In this document: positions 21,284 to 31,892 of the stretch, piece after piece | Layout of the letters: each line of letters opens with the position of its first letter | Numbering within the stretch: position 1 is the stretch's first letter | Source of the DNA: Macrostomum lignano | Lineage: Eukaryota | Assembly: GCA_002269645.1 (NCBI GenBank) | Contig: NIVC01004196.1 | Span: 1-55,769, forward strand | Reading direction: 5' to 3' | DNA: 55,769 nt | Translations under genes and position numbers: made by a program | The notes under the pieces: model-generated | Databases searched by the model: none | What the model was told of the DNA's origin: nothing | What the model saw: the letters and a program-made list of their open reading frames with translations, nothing else

Positions 21284-24200
21284 CATTTGACAGGCACAGG
21301 ACAGTCTCAGGGGTCTTGCATACCTGGTAAATATGGTTTTGTGCCTAATTTACCTGAATGTATAATTGCGTATTAAATTTTCTATTGGAATAGTTGCCAA
21401 TAGTTTATTTATATCATTTTTATAGATTGTACAGACCAGCAAGATTGTTCAGAAAGCCAGTGCAGTATTCCTAATGATGTGATTTCCCAGCCAGAGGTAA
21501 TCATCTGTGTATTCATAACTTCTTGAGTTCAAGTTTTCATTTAATATAAATACATCAAATTTGGAATGCATTCCAGAAAAGGTTAAAGAAAAGCGATATT
21601 AATGGTGAGTTAGGCAATAGGAATAATTAGCCTACTTATGAATTGGTATTTGTGCATGGAATGTTGAAGCCAATATTTTCCTACCTTTTGCAGACTCCCG
21701 CTACCTACTGTGGGTCAGCAATCTCACCGACGAGGTCAAAGCTGCTCATCTCAAGGAACTCTTTAGCCAGTATGGCCGCGTTGTGTCTACAAAAATTGTT
21801 GCCAGGGCGGTGTCGGCCCAGACCGCTGATGGTATCTCTAGCAGGCAAGAGCGCTGCGGTTTAGTGCAGCTGGCCTCAGCAGAGGAAGTTGATAGGTGAG
21901 CAAAAATGAGACTCAAAGTTTTCTTTTAAAACTTTAAACTTGAACCAAATCTGTTAAACTGCAGGTGCCAACAGCAGCTCAACCAGTTGGAGTTTCATGG
22001 CCAGCAAATCAGTGTAGCCAGATCACCGCCCGTGGCGCCAAGACAGAAGAATGCTGACAAGGCCTGTAAAAATGACAAAGTGGCAACAGGGACAGCATCA
22101 ACTGTTTCTGAATCATTACCAGATTCTTCCTCTGATAAACGGCCGGACCCATTAACTGAGAGCAAAAAGGTGAGATGAATTATGTGCGTGTGTCAGGTGT
22201 GCATGGCCGCATGGGTCAGCTGTGCGTGGGTCAGATGTGTATATGTCAGGTGTGCGTGTGTGCGTGTGTCAGATGTGTATGTCAGGTGTGCGTGTGTCAG
22301 ATGTATATGTCAGATGTGTATATGTCAAGTGTGCGTGTGTCAGATGTATATGTCAGGTGTGCGTGTGTCAGATGTGTATACATGTATGTCAGGTGTGCGT
22401 GTGTCAGATGTGTATGTCAGGTGTGCGTGTGTCAGATGTGTATATGTCAGGTGTGCGTGTGTCAGATGTGCATGTGTCAGGTGTGCGTGGGTCAGATGTG
22501 TGTCAGATGTGCGTGTGTCAGATGTGTGTATGTCAGGTGTGCGTGTGTCAGGTGTGCGTGGGTCAGATGTGTGTATGTCAGGTGTGCGTGTGTCAGATGT
22601 GCATGTGTCAGGTGTGCGTGGGTCAGATGTATGTCAGATGTGCGTGTGTCAGATGTGTATATGTCAGGTGTGCGTGTGTCAGGTGTGCGTGGGTCAGGTG
22701 TGCGTGTGTCAGATGTGTGTCAGGTGTGCATATGTCAGATGTGCATGGGTCAGGTGTGCGTGGGTCAGGTGTGCGTGTGTCAGATGTATGTGTGTCAGGT
22801 TATCGCGTCTGACCCTCCCGCTAAGTTATCCACGTTTGAATCCGCTCGCGGCCACAATGCCACATTCATTTGGGTCCTGTGCATAAAAATTGGCCTGGGG
22901 CTTTGTGCGATTTGCACCCATGAGGCCCAATCCCCAAGACAGAGTGTACATGCCCTGCCGATTAGAAAGTCATGACTGCTTTTACATCCTGTGTATTGGC
23001 TTTAGTGCGTTTGACTACTTGCTTTTCCTTAATTCCTTTGCTTCCCTATCTAAGTAGTATGAAACGCGTGTTTACTTAGATTTATTATTTGCCATTCCAG
23101 CAAAGTCCAGCTGTTAACAAGCCGCCAGCCCCAGGAAAATCTGGGCTCCCGAAATCGCCGAACAAGTCGCAGCAATCGAAAGCCTCGTCGGAAAAAAGTA
23201 ATGCAGCCTACACAAAGAAGAAGCCTAGCTCGTCTTCTTCCGCCAAGTCTGCTTCTGCTTCTAAACCGGAAAAGGCTCGTCCTACACTGCTAATGTCCTA
23301 TTCGAAACAGCCAATTCCCGAGGAAGCAGCTTCTTCTAGTAGCGGCAGCAGGTCCACTAAAAGATACAGTAGTCATTCCGCAGCCCTGTCCCGCACGTCT
23401 GGCGCAGCGGCTAGGCGTCACAGAAAAAGCCGACTTCTGCGACAAGAACAACAGCAACAACAAAGCCAGGCGCCATATCCGGACTCGCCGCTTCCGAATC
23501 CGCCAGCCGAGTTGGATCATCCAATTCAGTGTCCTACGCTGCTGCATTCGGCTGCTTCCGTTCGTTCCGACGATCTGCGACATCTTCTCGAGTCGGCCAG
23601 ATGCGCTCGAGGCGGCGCTACCCAGCAGCCTTCGCCGTTGATGTCGCTGGGCGTTGCCGACTCCGCCCAGACCGCGCCTATCGGAGCCTGGCACAGGCAG
23701 CAGCATCACCATCATCAGTCGCCAAGCATTACTCAGCAACAAGAATTATTGCTAATGCAGCGGGAGATTCAGCGTGAGCATGAGCAACTGGAAGCCGAGC
23801 GTAGACAGCTCCAATGGGAGCGAGAGCGGGCGCTATCCGAGGAGCGCAGAGTGATGCGAGAACAGGAGGATTTTCGGCGAATGCGCGAGCAAATGGAACG
23901 CGAGTTGCGCGACAAATGGGAGCGCAAAAAATGGGAACGGGATCAGCGGTCGCGTAAAGATAGAAACCCCAGGTCTCGGTCCCGTTCGCGGTCCGGGCGG
24001 CGGGCCAGCCACTCTACGGCTCGCAGCAGGTGAGCGACAATTATCCCCAATTCCCAGACTGTCCATTAGAACTATCCCCAATTCCCAGACTGTCCATTAG
24101 AACTATCCCCAATTCCCAGACTGTCCATTAGAACTATCCCCAATTCCCAGACTGTCCATTAGAACTATCCCCAATTCCCAGAATGTCCATTAGAACTATC

Positions 24201-25685
24201 CCCAATTCCCAGACTGTCCATTAGAACTATCCCCAATTCCCAGACTGTCCATTAGAACTATTCCCAATTCCCAGACTGTCCATTAGAACTATCCCCAATT
24301 CCCAGACTGTCCATTAGAACTATTCCCAATTCCCAGACTGTCCATTAGTATTATCCTCAATCACCAGACTGTCCATTAGAACTATCCCCAATTCCCAGAA
24401 TGTCCATTAGAATTATCCCCAATCGTTGACTGTCCATTAGAACTATCCCCAATTCCCAGAATGTCCATTAAAATTATCCCCAATCGTTGACTGTCCATTA
24501 GAACTATCCCCAATTCCCAGACTGTCCATTAGTATTATCCCCAATCCCCAGACTGTCCATTAGAATTATCCCAAATCCCCAGACTATCCATTAGTATTAT
24601 CCCCAATCCCCAGACTGTCCATTAGTATTATCCTCAATCACCAGACTGTCCATTAGAATTATCCCAAATCCCCAGACTGTCCATTAGTATTATCCCCAAT
24701 CCCCAGACTGTCCATTAGAATTATCCCCAATCCCCAGACTGTCCAGTAGAATTATCCCAAATCCCCAGACTGTCCATTAGTATTATCCCCAATCCCCAAA
24801 CTGTCCATTAGTATTATCCCCAGACTGTCCTTAAGAATTATCCCTAATTCCCATACTGTCCGTTAGAAGTCCCCAAACTGTTGATTAAGATTATTCCCAA
24901 CCGATCGCCTATCAGAATCCCTGAAAAAATAGTAATACAGCAGTATACAACAGTTCTATTCGGAAGCTGAACCCCATCAATTGGTATCGATTGGTGACAA
25001 AGAGCGCCAATCGATATCAACTTCCGTCGGCCGCAAACCCTGTTGGCGGTCATTGGCCAAGCCAAACAGGACAAAAAACATTGCAGCTGGCGGTCACGAG
25101 GGGAGGGAATTAAACATTCTTGATTGACAGCTTCCAACAGTAAAAGTTTAATAAAAAACGCGTAAGCCTCTTAATATCTGGTCGCATCCAGGCGAGTGCT
25201 ATTTTCTCTGAACAGCGATTCGTACTAAGAGGCACAATTATTGTTTTGTGATTTTATTTAGTTATACTACTGATAGTAAGTTAGCTAAACTCGCGCATTT
25301 TGTTATTATTTTTTTATCAAGTTGGGATCCCTCGTCTTCATCGCGAGACCGTCGCCGGAGCAGCCGTCGGCGAAGTCGCAGCCGCAGTCGCAGCAGCCGT
25401 CATCGCTACGAGCACCGTCGCAGTCCGTCGGGTCCAACACAGCCCTGGCCTAGCGGATCGGCGGCTTCCACTACTAATTATTCCGGCCAGCATCAGCCAG
25501 ACGCTTACTATAGGCACGTCAATGCGCAGGAGCTTCTGCAACAACAACAGCAGCAGCAACAGCGGCCTCCGCCCATGTTTCTAGGGGCTGGTCATTCTGC
25601 TATTGGCACTGGTCAACAGTCAGTCAATCAGTCGTCATTATCTTCTAATAGCTTCTATAATGTCGCTCGGGGCCACTTTTATTGA
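21284..25685 (+). CDS. SAFB: SAFB/SLTM-like RRM protein with Arg/Glu- and RS-rich C-terminus; exons 21284-21326, 21426-21496, 21577-21604, 21694-21895, 21965-22169, 23101-24029, 25322-25685; no start ATG found
   Basis: RRM LWVSNLTDEVKAAHLKELFSQYGRVVSTKIV...CQQQLNQLEFHGQQISV resembles the SAFB RRM, followed by the ERERALSEERR...REQMERE coiled coil. All seven exons chain in phase with GT-AG sites. Confidence 0.75.
22180..22800 (+). repeat. ~14-16-bp TG-rich minisatellite (tgtcagatgtgcgtg) in a SAFB-like intron
   Basis: Starts about 10 nt after the donor at 22170; explains the Cys/Val-rich ORFs. Confidence 0.95.
24038..24850 (+). repeat. 31-bp minisatellite (attagaactatccccaattcccagactgtcc) in the last SAFB-like intron
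   Basis: 31-nt period; starts about 10 nt after the donor at 24030. Confidence 0.95.
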
Positions 25686-25799
25686 TTAATATTTAGTTGC
25701 TATGATATCTATGGATTGAACCCGTTTTCTCCACTTTATGGAACTCTCCGCCCTTTTCTAAAAGTCTGTCCCTTCGTAAAATTACTCCACACTTCATGG

Positions 25800-27118
25800 A
25801 ATTCCTCGCCTCATAGAATTCTCCGTCTCTTTGTAGAATTCTCCTCCCCTTCATAGAATTCTCCGTCTCTTTTTAGAATTCTCCACCGCCTCAAAGAATT
25901 CTCCACCGCCTCATAGAATTCTCCACCGCCTCATAGAATTCTCCACCGCCTCATAGAATTCTCCGTCTCTTTGTAGAATTCTCCTCCCCTTCATAGAATT
26001 CTCCGTCTCTTTTTAGAATTCTCCACCGCCTCAAAGAATTCTCCACCGCCTCATAGAATTCTCCACCGCCTCATAGAATTCTCCACCGCCTCATAGAATT
26101 CTCCGTCTCTTTGTAGAATTCTCCTCCCCTTCATAGAATTCTCCGTCTCTTTTTAGAATTCTCTACCACTTTATAGAATTCTCCGTCTCTTTGTAGAATT
26201 CTCTACTGCTTCATAGAATTCTCTACTGCTTCATAGAATTCTCCGTCTCTTTGTAGAATTCTCCTCCCCTTCATAGAATTCTCCGTCTCTTTTTAGAATT
26301 CTCCACCGCCTCATAGAATTCTCCACCGCCTCATAGAATTCTCCACCGCCTCATAGAATTCTCCACCGCCTCATAGAACTCTCCGTCTCTTTGTAGAATT
26401 CTCCTCCCCTTCATAGAATTCTCCGTCTCTTTTTAGAATTCTCTACCACTTTATAGAATTCTCCGTCTCTTTGTAGAATTCTCTACTGCTTCATAGAATT
26501 CTCTACTGCTTCATAGAATTCTCCGTCTCTTTGTAGAATTCTCCTCCCCTTCATAGAATTCTCCGTCTCTTTGTAGAATTCTCCTCCCCTTCATAGAATT
26601 CTCCGTCTCTTTGTAGAATTCTCCTCCCCTTCATAGAATTCTCCGTCTCTTTGTAGAATTCTCTACTGCTTCATAGAATTCTCCGTCTCTTTGTAGAATT
26701 CTCCTCCCCTTCATAGAATTCTCCGTCTCTTTTTAGAATTCTCCGTCTCTTTGTAGAATTCTCCTCCCCTTCATAGAATTCTCCGTCTCTTTGTAGAATT
26801 CTCCTCCCCTTCATAGAATTCTCCGTCTCTTTTTAGAATTCTCCGTCTCTTTGTAGAATTCTCCTCCCCTTCATAGAATTCTCCGTCTCTTTGTAGAATT
26901 CTCCTCCCCTTCATAGAATTCTCCGTCTCTTTTTAGAATTCTCCGTCTCTTTGTAGAATTCTCCTCCCCTTCATAGAATTCTCCGTCTCTTTTTAGAATT
27001 CTCCGTCTCTTTGTAGAATTCTCCTCCCCTTCATAGAATTCTCCGTCTCTTTGTAGAATTCTCCTCCCCTTCATAGAATTCTCCGTCTCTTTGTAGAATT
27101 CTCCTCCCCTTCATAGAA
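25800..27118 (+). repeat. 20-bp minisatellite with a GAATTC in every unit, downstream of the SAFB-like stop
   Basis: Unit variants agaattctccgtctctttgt / agaattctcctccccttcat / agaattctccaccgcctcat keep a 20-nt register. Confidence 0.95.
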
Positions 27119-27569
27119 GTCTTGGTTCTCTTGGTATCTTGCTAAGTAATATGTTTTTTTACTCGAATAGTTGCCCTAACAACGCAATAATGTCAACAAT
27201 TACAACTTTTCACACTTTTAATTTTTGGGACAAAAATTGCCGCCTCTATTCTATCTGTATTGTTTTGTTATTACTGCGAACTGTGACCCAATTTGGGTCA
27301 ATAGGTTTTGTTTGTTTTTCTGTGACAATTTCACTCGCCAAGTATATAATTAAATTGAGTATCTCGCATTTATAATTCCGCTACAGATTGATTGAATATG
27401 AAAAACTGCAGGGTTTCAAATCGAGATGTAGATGGTACAGGTCTTGCTATCAAGTTGTATTTTTATATATTATATTCGTCTATCGTTCTCAATACGAAAT
27501 TATAGCATCAAATGCTGATCCATAATGTATATGTGGAAAAGTAGTTCATTCCTACAGCAGTTAACGATA

Positions 27570-27575
27570 AATAAA
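27570..27575 (+). terminator. Candidate polyadenylation signal for the SAFB-like gene
   Basis: AATAAA in AT-rich sequence after the 20-bp array. Confidence 0.35.
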
Positions 27576-27885
27576 TATAATTTTATCAGTAGTAGTCTTA
27601 GGTAATAGTATTCTTAATTACAACCGTCTATTGTACTTTATCATCTGTTTATCCTTATTGCTATTGTCGTCATTGGTCTGATTAATTTGATTAACAATGT
27701 GAAAGCGAGTCGATTCTGGAATTGAAAACATTCATATTTTTCACCTATAAATTTATTATGCGTTTGTTAGAAAACTCAAAGTAAAAACATTTTGTTGATA
27801 AAGTATTGCCCTGTCTCTTTGCTTCATCTATTTCTGTTTAGTGTCTAGGATTGTGTTTGGCTTTAATATTTGAAATGCCTTGTAG

Positions 27886-29560
27886 CTGTCTGGTAGATAG
27901 TGAGGCTAATTATAGGTGAACTGTCTGGTAGATAGTGAGGCTCATCATGGATGAACTGTCTGGTAGATAGTGAGGCTCATTATGGATGAACTGTCTGGTA
28001 GATAGTGAGGCTAATTATAGGTGAACTGTCTGGTAGATAGTGAGGCTCATTATGGATAAACTGTCTGGTAGATAGTGAGGCTAATTATAGGTGAACTGTC
28101 TGGTAGATAGTGAGGCTCATCATGGATGAACTGTCTGGTAGATAGTGAGGCTCATTATGGATGAACTGTCTGGTAGATAGTGAGGCTAATTATAGGTGAA
28201 CTGTCTGGTAGATAGTGAGGCTCATTATGGATAAACTGTCTGGTAGATAGTGAGGCTAATTATAGGTGAACTGTCTGGTAGATAGTGAGGCTCATCATGG
28301 ATGAACTGTCTGGTAGATAGTGAGGCTAATTATAGGTGAACTGTCTGGTAGATAGTGAGGCTCATCATGGATGAACTGTCTGGTGGATAGTGAGGCTAAT
28401 TATAGGTGAACTGTCTGGTAGATAGTGAGGCTAATTATAGGTGAACTGTCTGGTAGATAGTGAGGCTCATCATGGATGAACTGTCTGGTAGATAGTGAGG
28501 CTAATTATGGTGAACTGTCTGGTAGATAGTGAGGCTCATCATGGATGAACTGTCTGGTAGATAGTGAGGCTAATTATAGGTGAACTGTCTGGTAGATAGT
28601 GAGGCTCATTATGGATGAACTGTCTGGTAGATAGTGAGGCTAATTATAGGTGAACTGTCTGGTAGATAGTGAGGCTCATCATGGATGAACTGTCTGGTAG
28701 ATAGTGAGGCTCATCATGGATGAACTGTCTGGTAGATAGTGAGGCTAATTATAGGTGAACTGTCTGTTAGATAGTGAGGCTCATCATGGATGAACTGTCT
28801 GGTGGATAGTGAGGCTAATTATAGGTGAACTGTCTGGTAGATAGTGAGGCTCATTATGGATGAACTGTCTGGTAGATAGTGAGGCTCATCATGGAAGAAC
28901 TGTCTGGTAGATAGTGAGGCTCATTGTGGATAAACTGTCTGGTAGATAGTGAGGCTCATCATGGATAAACTGTCTGGTAGATAGTGAGGCTAATTATAGG
29001 TGAACTGTCTGGTAGATAGTGAGGCTCATCATGGATAAACTGTCTGGTAGATAGTGAGGCTAATTATAGGTGAACTGTCTGGTAGATAGTGAGGCTCATT
29101 ATGGATAAACTGTCTGGTAGATAGTGAGGCTAATTATAGGTGAACTGTCTGGTAGATAGTGAGGCTCATTATGGATGAACTGTCTGGTAGATAGTGAGGC
29201 TCATTATGGATGAACTGTCTGGTAGATAGTGAGGCTCATCATGGATGAACTGTCTGGTAGATAGTGAGGCTCATCATGGATGAACTGTCTGGTAGATAGT
29301 GAGGCTAATTATAGGTGAACTGTCTGTTAGATAGTGAGGCTCATTATAGGTGAACTGTCTGGTAGATAGTGAGGCTCATCATGGATGAACTGTCTGGTAG
29401 ATGGTGAGGCTCATTGTGGATGAACTGTCTGGTAGATAGTGAGGCTCATCATGGATAAACTGTCTGGTAGATAGTGAGGCTCACTATGGATGAACTGTCT
29501 GGTAGATAGTGAGGCTCACTATGGGTGAACTGTCGCTCATCAGTAGATAGTGAGGCTCAT
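27886..29560 (+). repeat. 35-bp minisatellite (ctgtctggtagatagtgaggctcatcatggatgaa) upstream of SRSF7
   Basis: About 47 units with two main variants (ctaattataggtgaa / ctcatcatggatgaa). Confidence 0.95.
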
Positions 29561-29637
29561 CATGAATGAGCTTTCTATTCCTTATGAATATTATAATCAA
29601 CCAAAATCTGTCCTAAACTGCAGCTCTAACAGCCACC

Positions 29638-30132
29638 ATGTCCAAAAGTGAAATGGGACGCCGTGTTTACGTCGGCGACTTGCCTGACGGGACTGCTGAA
29701 AGCGACATCAAGCGCTCGCTGCGCCGCTACGGCAGCCTGGAGTCGGTCTGGGTGCACGGCAAAGGCACCTACGCTTTCGCCACCTTTGCTGATCGACGCG
29801 ACGCCGAAGACGCTGTGCGCGACGCGCCGCGCGTCAATGGGCGCCGAGTCCGGATGGAATTGGCGCGCAACGAGCGCCGGGCAGCTGGCGCCGGGCCGCG
29901 CAACGATCGCTGCTACCAGTGCGACCGGGTCGGCCACTATGCCTACGAGTGCCCTGAGCGCGGTGGTAGCGGTGGCGGCGGCGGCGGCGGCCGTGGCGGC
30001 GGTGGCGGCGGCGGAGGCGGACGTCGTCGCAGCCGCAGCTTCAGCCGGAGCCGCAGCGACAGCCGGGGCCGGAGCTACAGTCGCAGCCGGAGCCGCAGCC
30101 GCAGCCCGAGGCGTCGCGATGGTCACCGCTAA
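29638..30132 (+). CDS. SRSF7: SR splicing factor of the SRSF3/7 (9G8) family, intronless, 164 aa
   Basis: RRM (RVYVGDL...YAFATFADRRDAEDAV), CCHC zinc knuckle CYQCDRVGHYAYEC, Gly linker, RS domain; Kozak gccaccATG. Confidence 0.9.
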   Translation: MSKSEMGRRVYVGDLPDGTAESDIKRSLRRYGSLESVWVHGKGTYAFATFADRRDAEDAVRDAPRVNGRRVRMELARNERRAAGAGPRNDRCYQCDRVGHYAYECPERGGSGGGGGGGRGGGGGGGGGRRRSRSFSRSRSDSRGRSYSRSRSRSRSPRRRDGHR

Positions 30133-30689
30133 ATAGTCGCGAGTAATTAATTAATTAATTAAAGCAAGTGGGTGTTTACATTAGTGTTGTCTTACCCATT
30201 TTTTTAAAACCCCGTCTGTCCATCCTTCAAGTAGCACGAGGCTCTGCTGCATGTGGCTTTTGCTGTTGTAATTGCTATGATTAGTTACTATAGTATTGTG
30301 GTGTTTAGCTATCCCTTTGAAAAATACTGCTTACTGTTGTGAGTTTTCCTTCTATCCATTCTACTATTGCTATTATTAATACCGTTTTTAGCGCTGCTGT
30401 GGGTCAGTAGTCTGGTTGGACTATTATTTTCCTAATATTTTCAATAGCAACATATTCATTTTCTTTTGTTTGCGTTACTTTTTCTAATCCGTAACAGCCA
30501 GTGTTGTTCGCAATGAAAAGTTTAGGAGATAATTTGGTAACTGATTTGCGAATTGCAGAGTGTGCTCCATCTCCTGGGGCGAGTCTGCGCCCGGAGAGAG
30601 CGGTTTAGAGTTCCGAGTTCGAATCGAATCGAAAAGCCAATTCGAACGAGTCGAAATTTGTGTTCGAGTTCGATTGAGAGTCGGAACAA

Positions 30690-31090
30690 CCGAGAATAGG
30701 TTTTGCTCCGAGCCGGGGTTGAGTTCGAGTCGAACAGCCTGAGAACAGGTTCGAACGATTGGGATCTGAACTCGAGTCGAGCAGCCTGAGAGCAGGTTCG
30801 AGCGAGTCAGGGCTGGGTTCGAGTCGAGCAGCCTGAGAACAGGTTCGAACGATTGGGATCTGAACTCGAGTCGAGCAGCCTGAGAGCAGGTTCGAGCGAG
30901 TCAGGGCTGGGTTCGAGTCGAGCAGCCTGAGAACAGGTTCGAGCGAGTCGGGGGTTGAGTTCGAGTCGAGCAGCCTGAGAACAGGTTTGAGCGAGTCGGG
31001 GGTTGAGTTCGAGTCGAGCAGCCTGAGAACAGGATCGAAAGAGTCGAAATTTAGAGGTTCGAATGCAGACCTGAGAACAAATTCGAACCG
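30690..31090 (+). repeat. 47-bp minisatellite (gagtcgagcagcctgagaacaggttcg...)
   Basis: Period 47 at 30727, 30774 and 30821. Confidence 0.85.
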
Positions 31091-31387
31091 ATTAAAGTTC
31101 GAGAGTTCGGTTGCTAGTCGAACGGTCGAGTTAATGTGAGTCAGTGGCTCAAGATGTGATGAAAATTATTATTTATTGGGATAATTGGTTCCTTGGATTT
31201 AGGCTCCTACTCGGAACCGCTCCCCAGTTCGGGTGGCAAGATCGAACTGTTGTGCCTCGGTGAGAATTCATTCATTAATCGCTTTTCTCTGACCCACCCC
31301 TTTTGACTTATAATTCTGTGAATCATCTCCCCCCGTTTAGCAGCAGCGAACGCAGTGTGTTATTCATTGTTTGTATTGTTTTTATGT

Positions 31388-31393
31388 AATAAA
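31388..31393 (+). terminator. Candidate polyadenylation signal for SRSF7
   Basis: AATAAA after a U-rich stretch, about 490 nt before the FTSJ1 acceptor. Confidence 0.4.
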
Positions 31394-31892
31394 ATTAACG
31401 TCACTGTCTACTATAAGTAGGCTGAATCGGCTAATTCAACTACGGGTTTCTACGGGTTTATATGAAAAAATATAAACAAAATTCAACTTACGCGCGGCAA
31501 TTCGCTGCCAAGCTAATATTGGACTCGACTTGAGGATTGACAGTTGGTCTGGCTTATTTCATTGGATTTTTTGTATTATAGTTGGATTATGACATCGCGT
31601 AATACCCTTGTAGCTGGGGTTGAGTTCGTTTATGGTAATTTATAATTGGTAACTAGGCGTACTAGATTAACTATAACTTAGTTTATGTTGGCTTAATAGA
31701 TATGGATTAATAACATTACCATTATCCAATGTGCATGCATTAATTGCATAATCGGGTCACTTTAATCAGAAGTACATCGTGTTCTGTAACTCCATTTTAT
31801 GCGCTAATATTCGCAAAATCAGCGATATTATAAAGTCTTACATCTGTGCTTAGTACGTGACCTTATTTGACCTGAACCGTTCAGGCAGAACT

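Noticed and set aside
24038-29560. CRISPR-like appearance of 31-35-bp repeats
   Set aside because: Units are contiguous with no unique spacers, there are no cas genes, and the context is eukaryotic.
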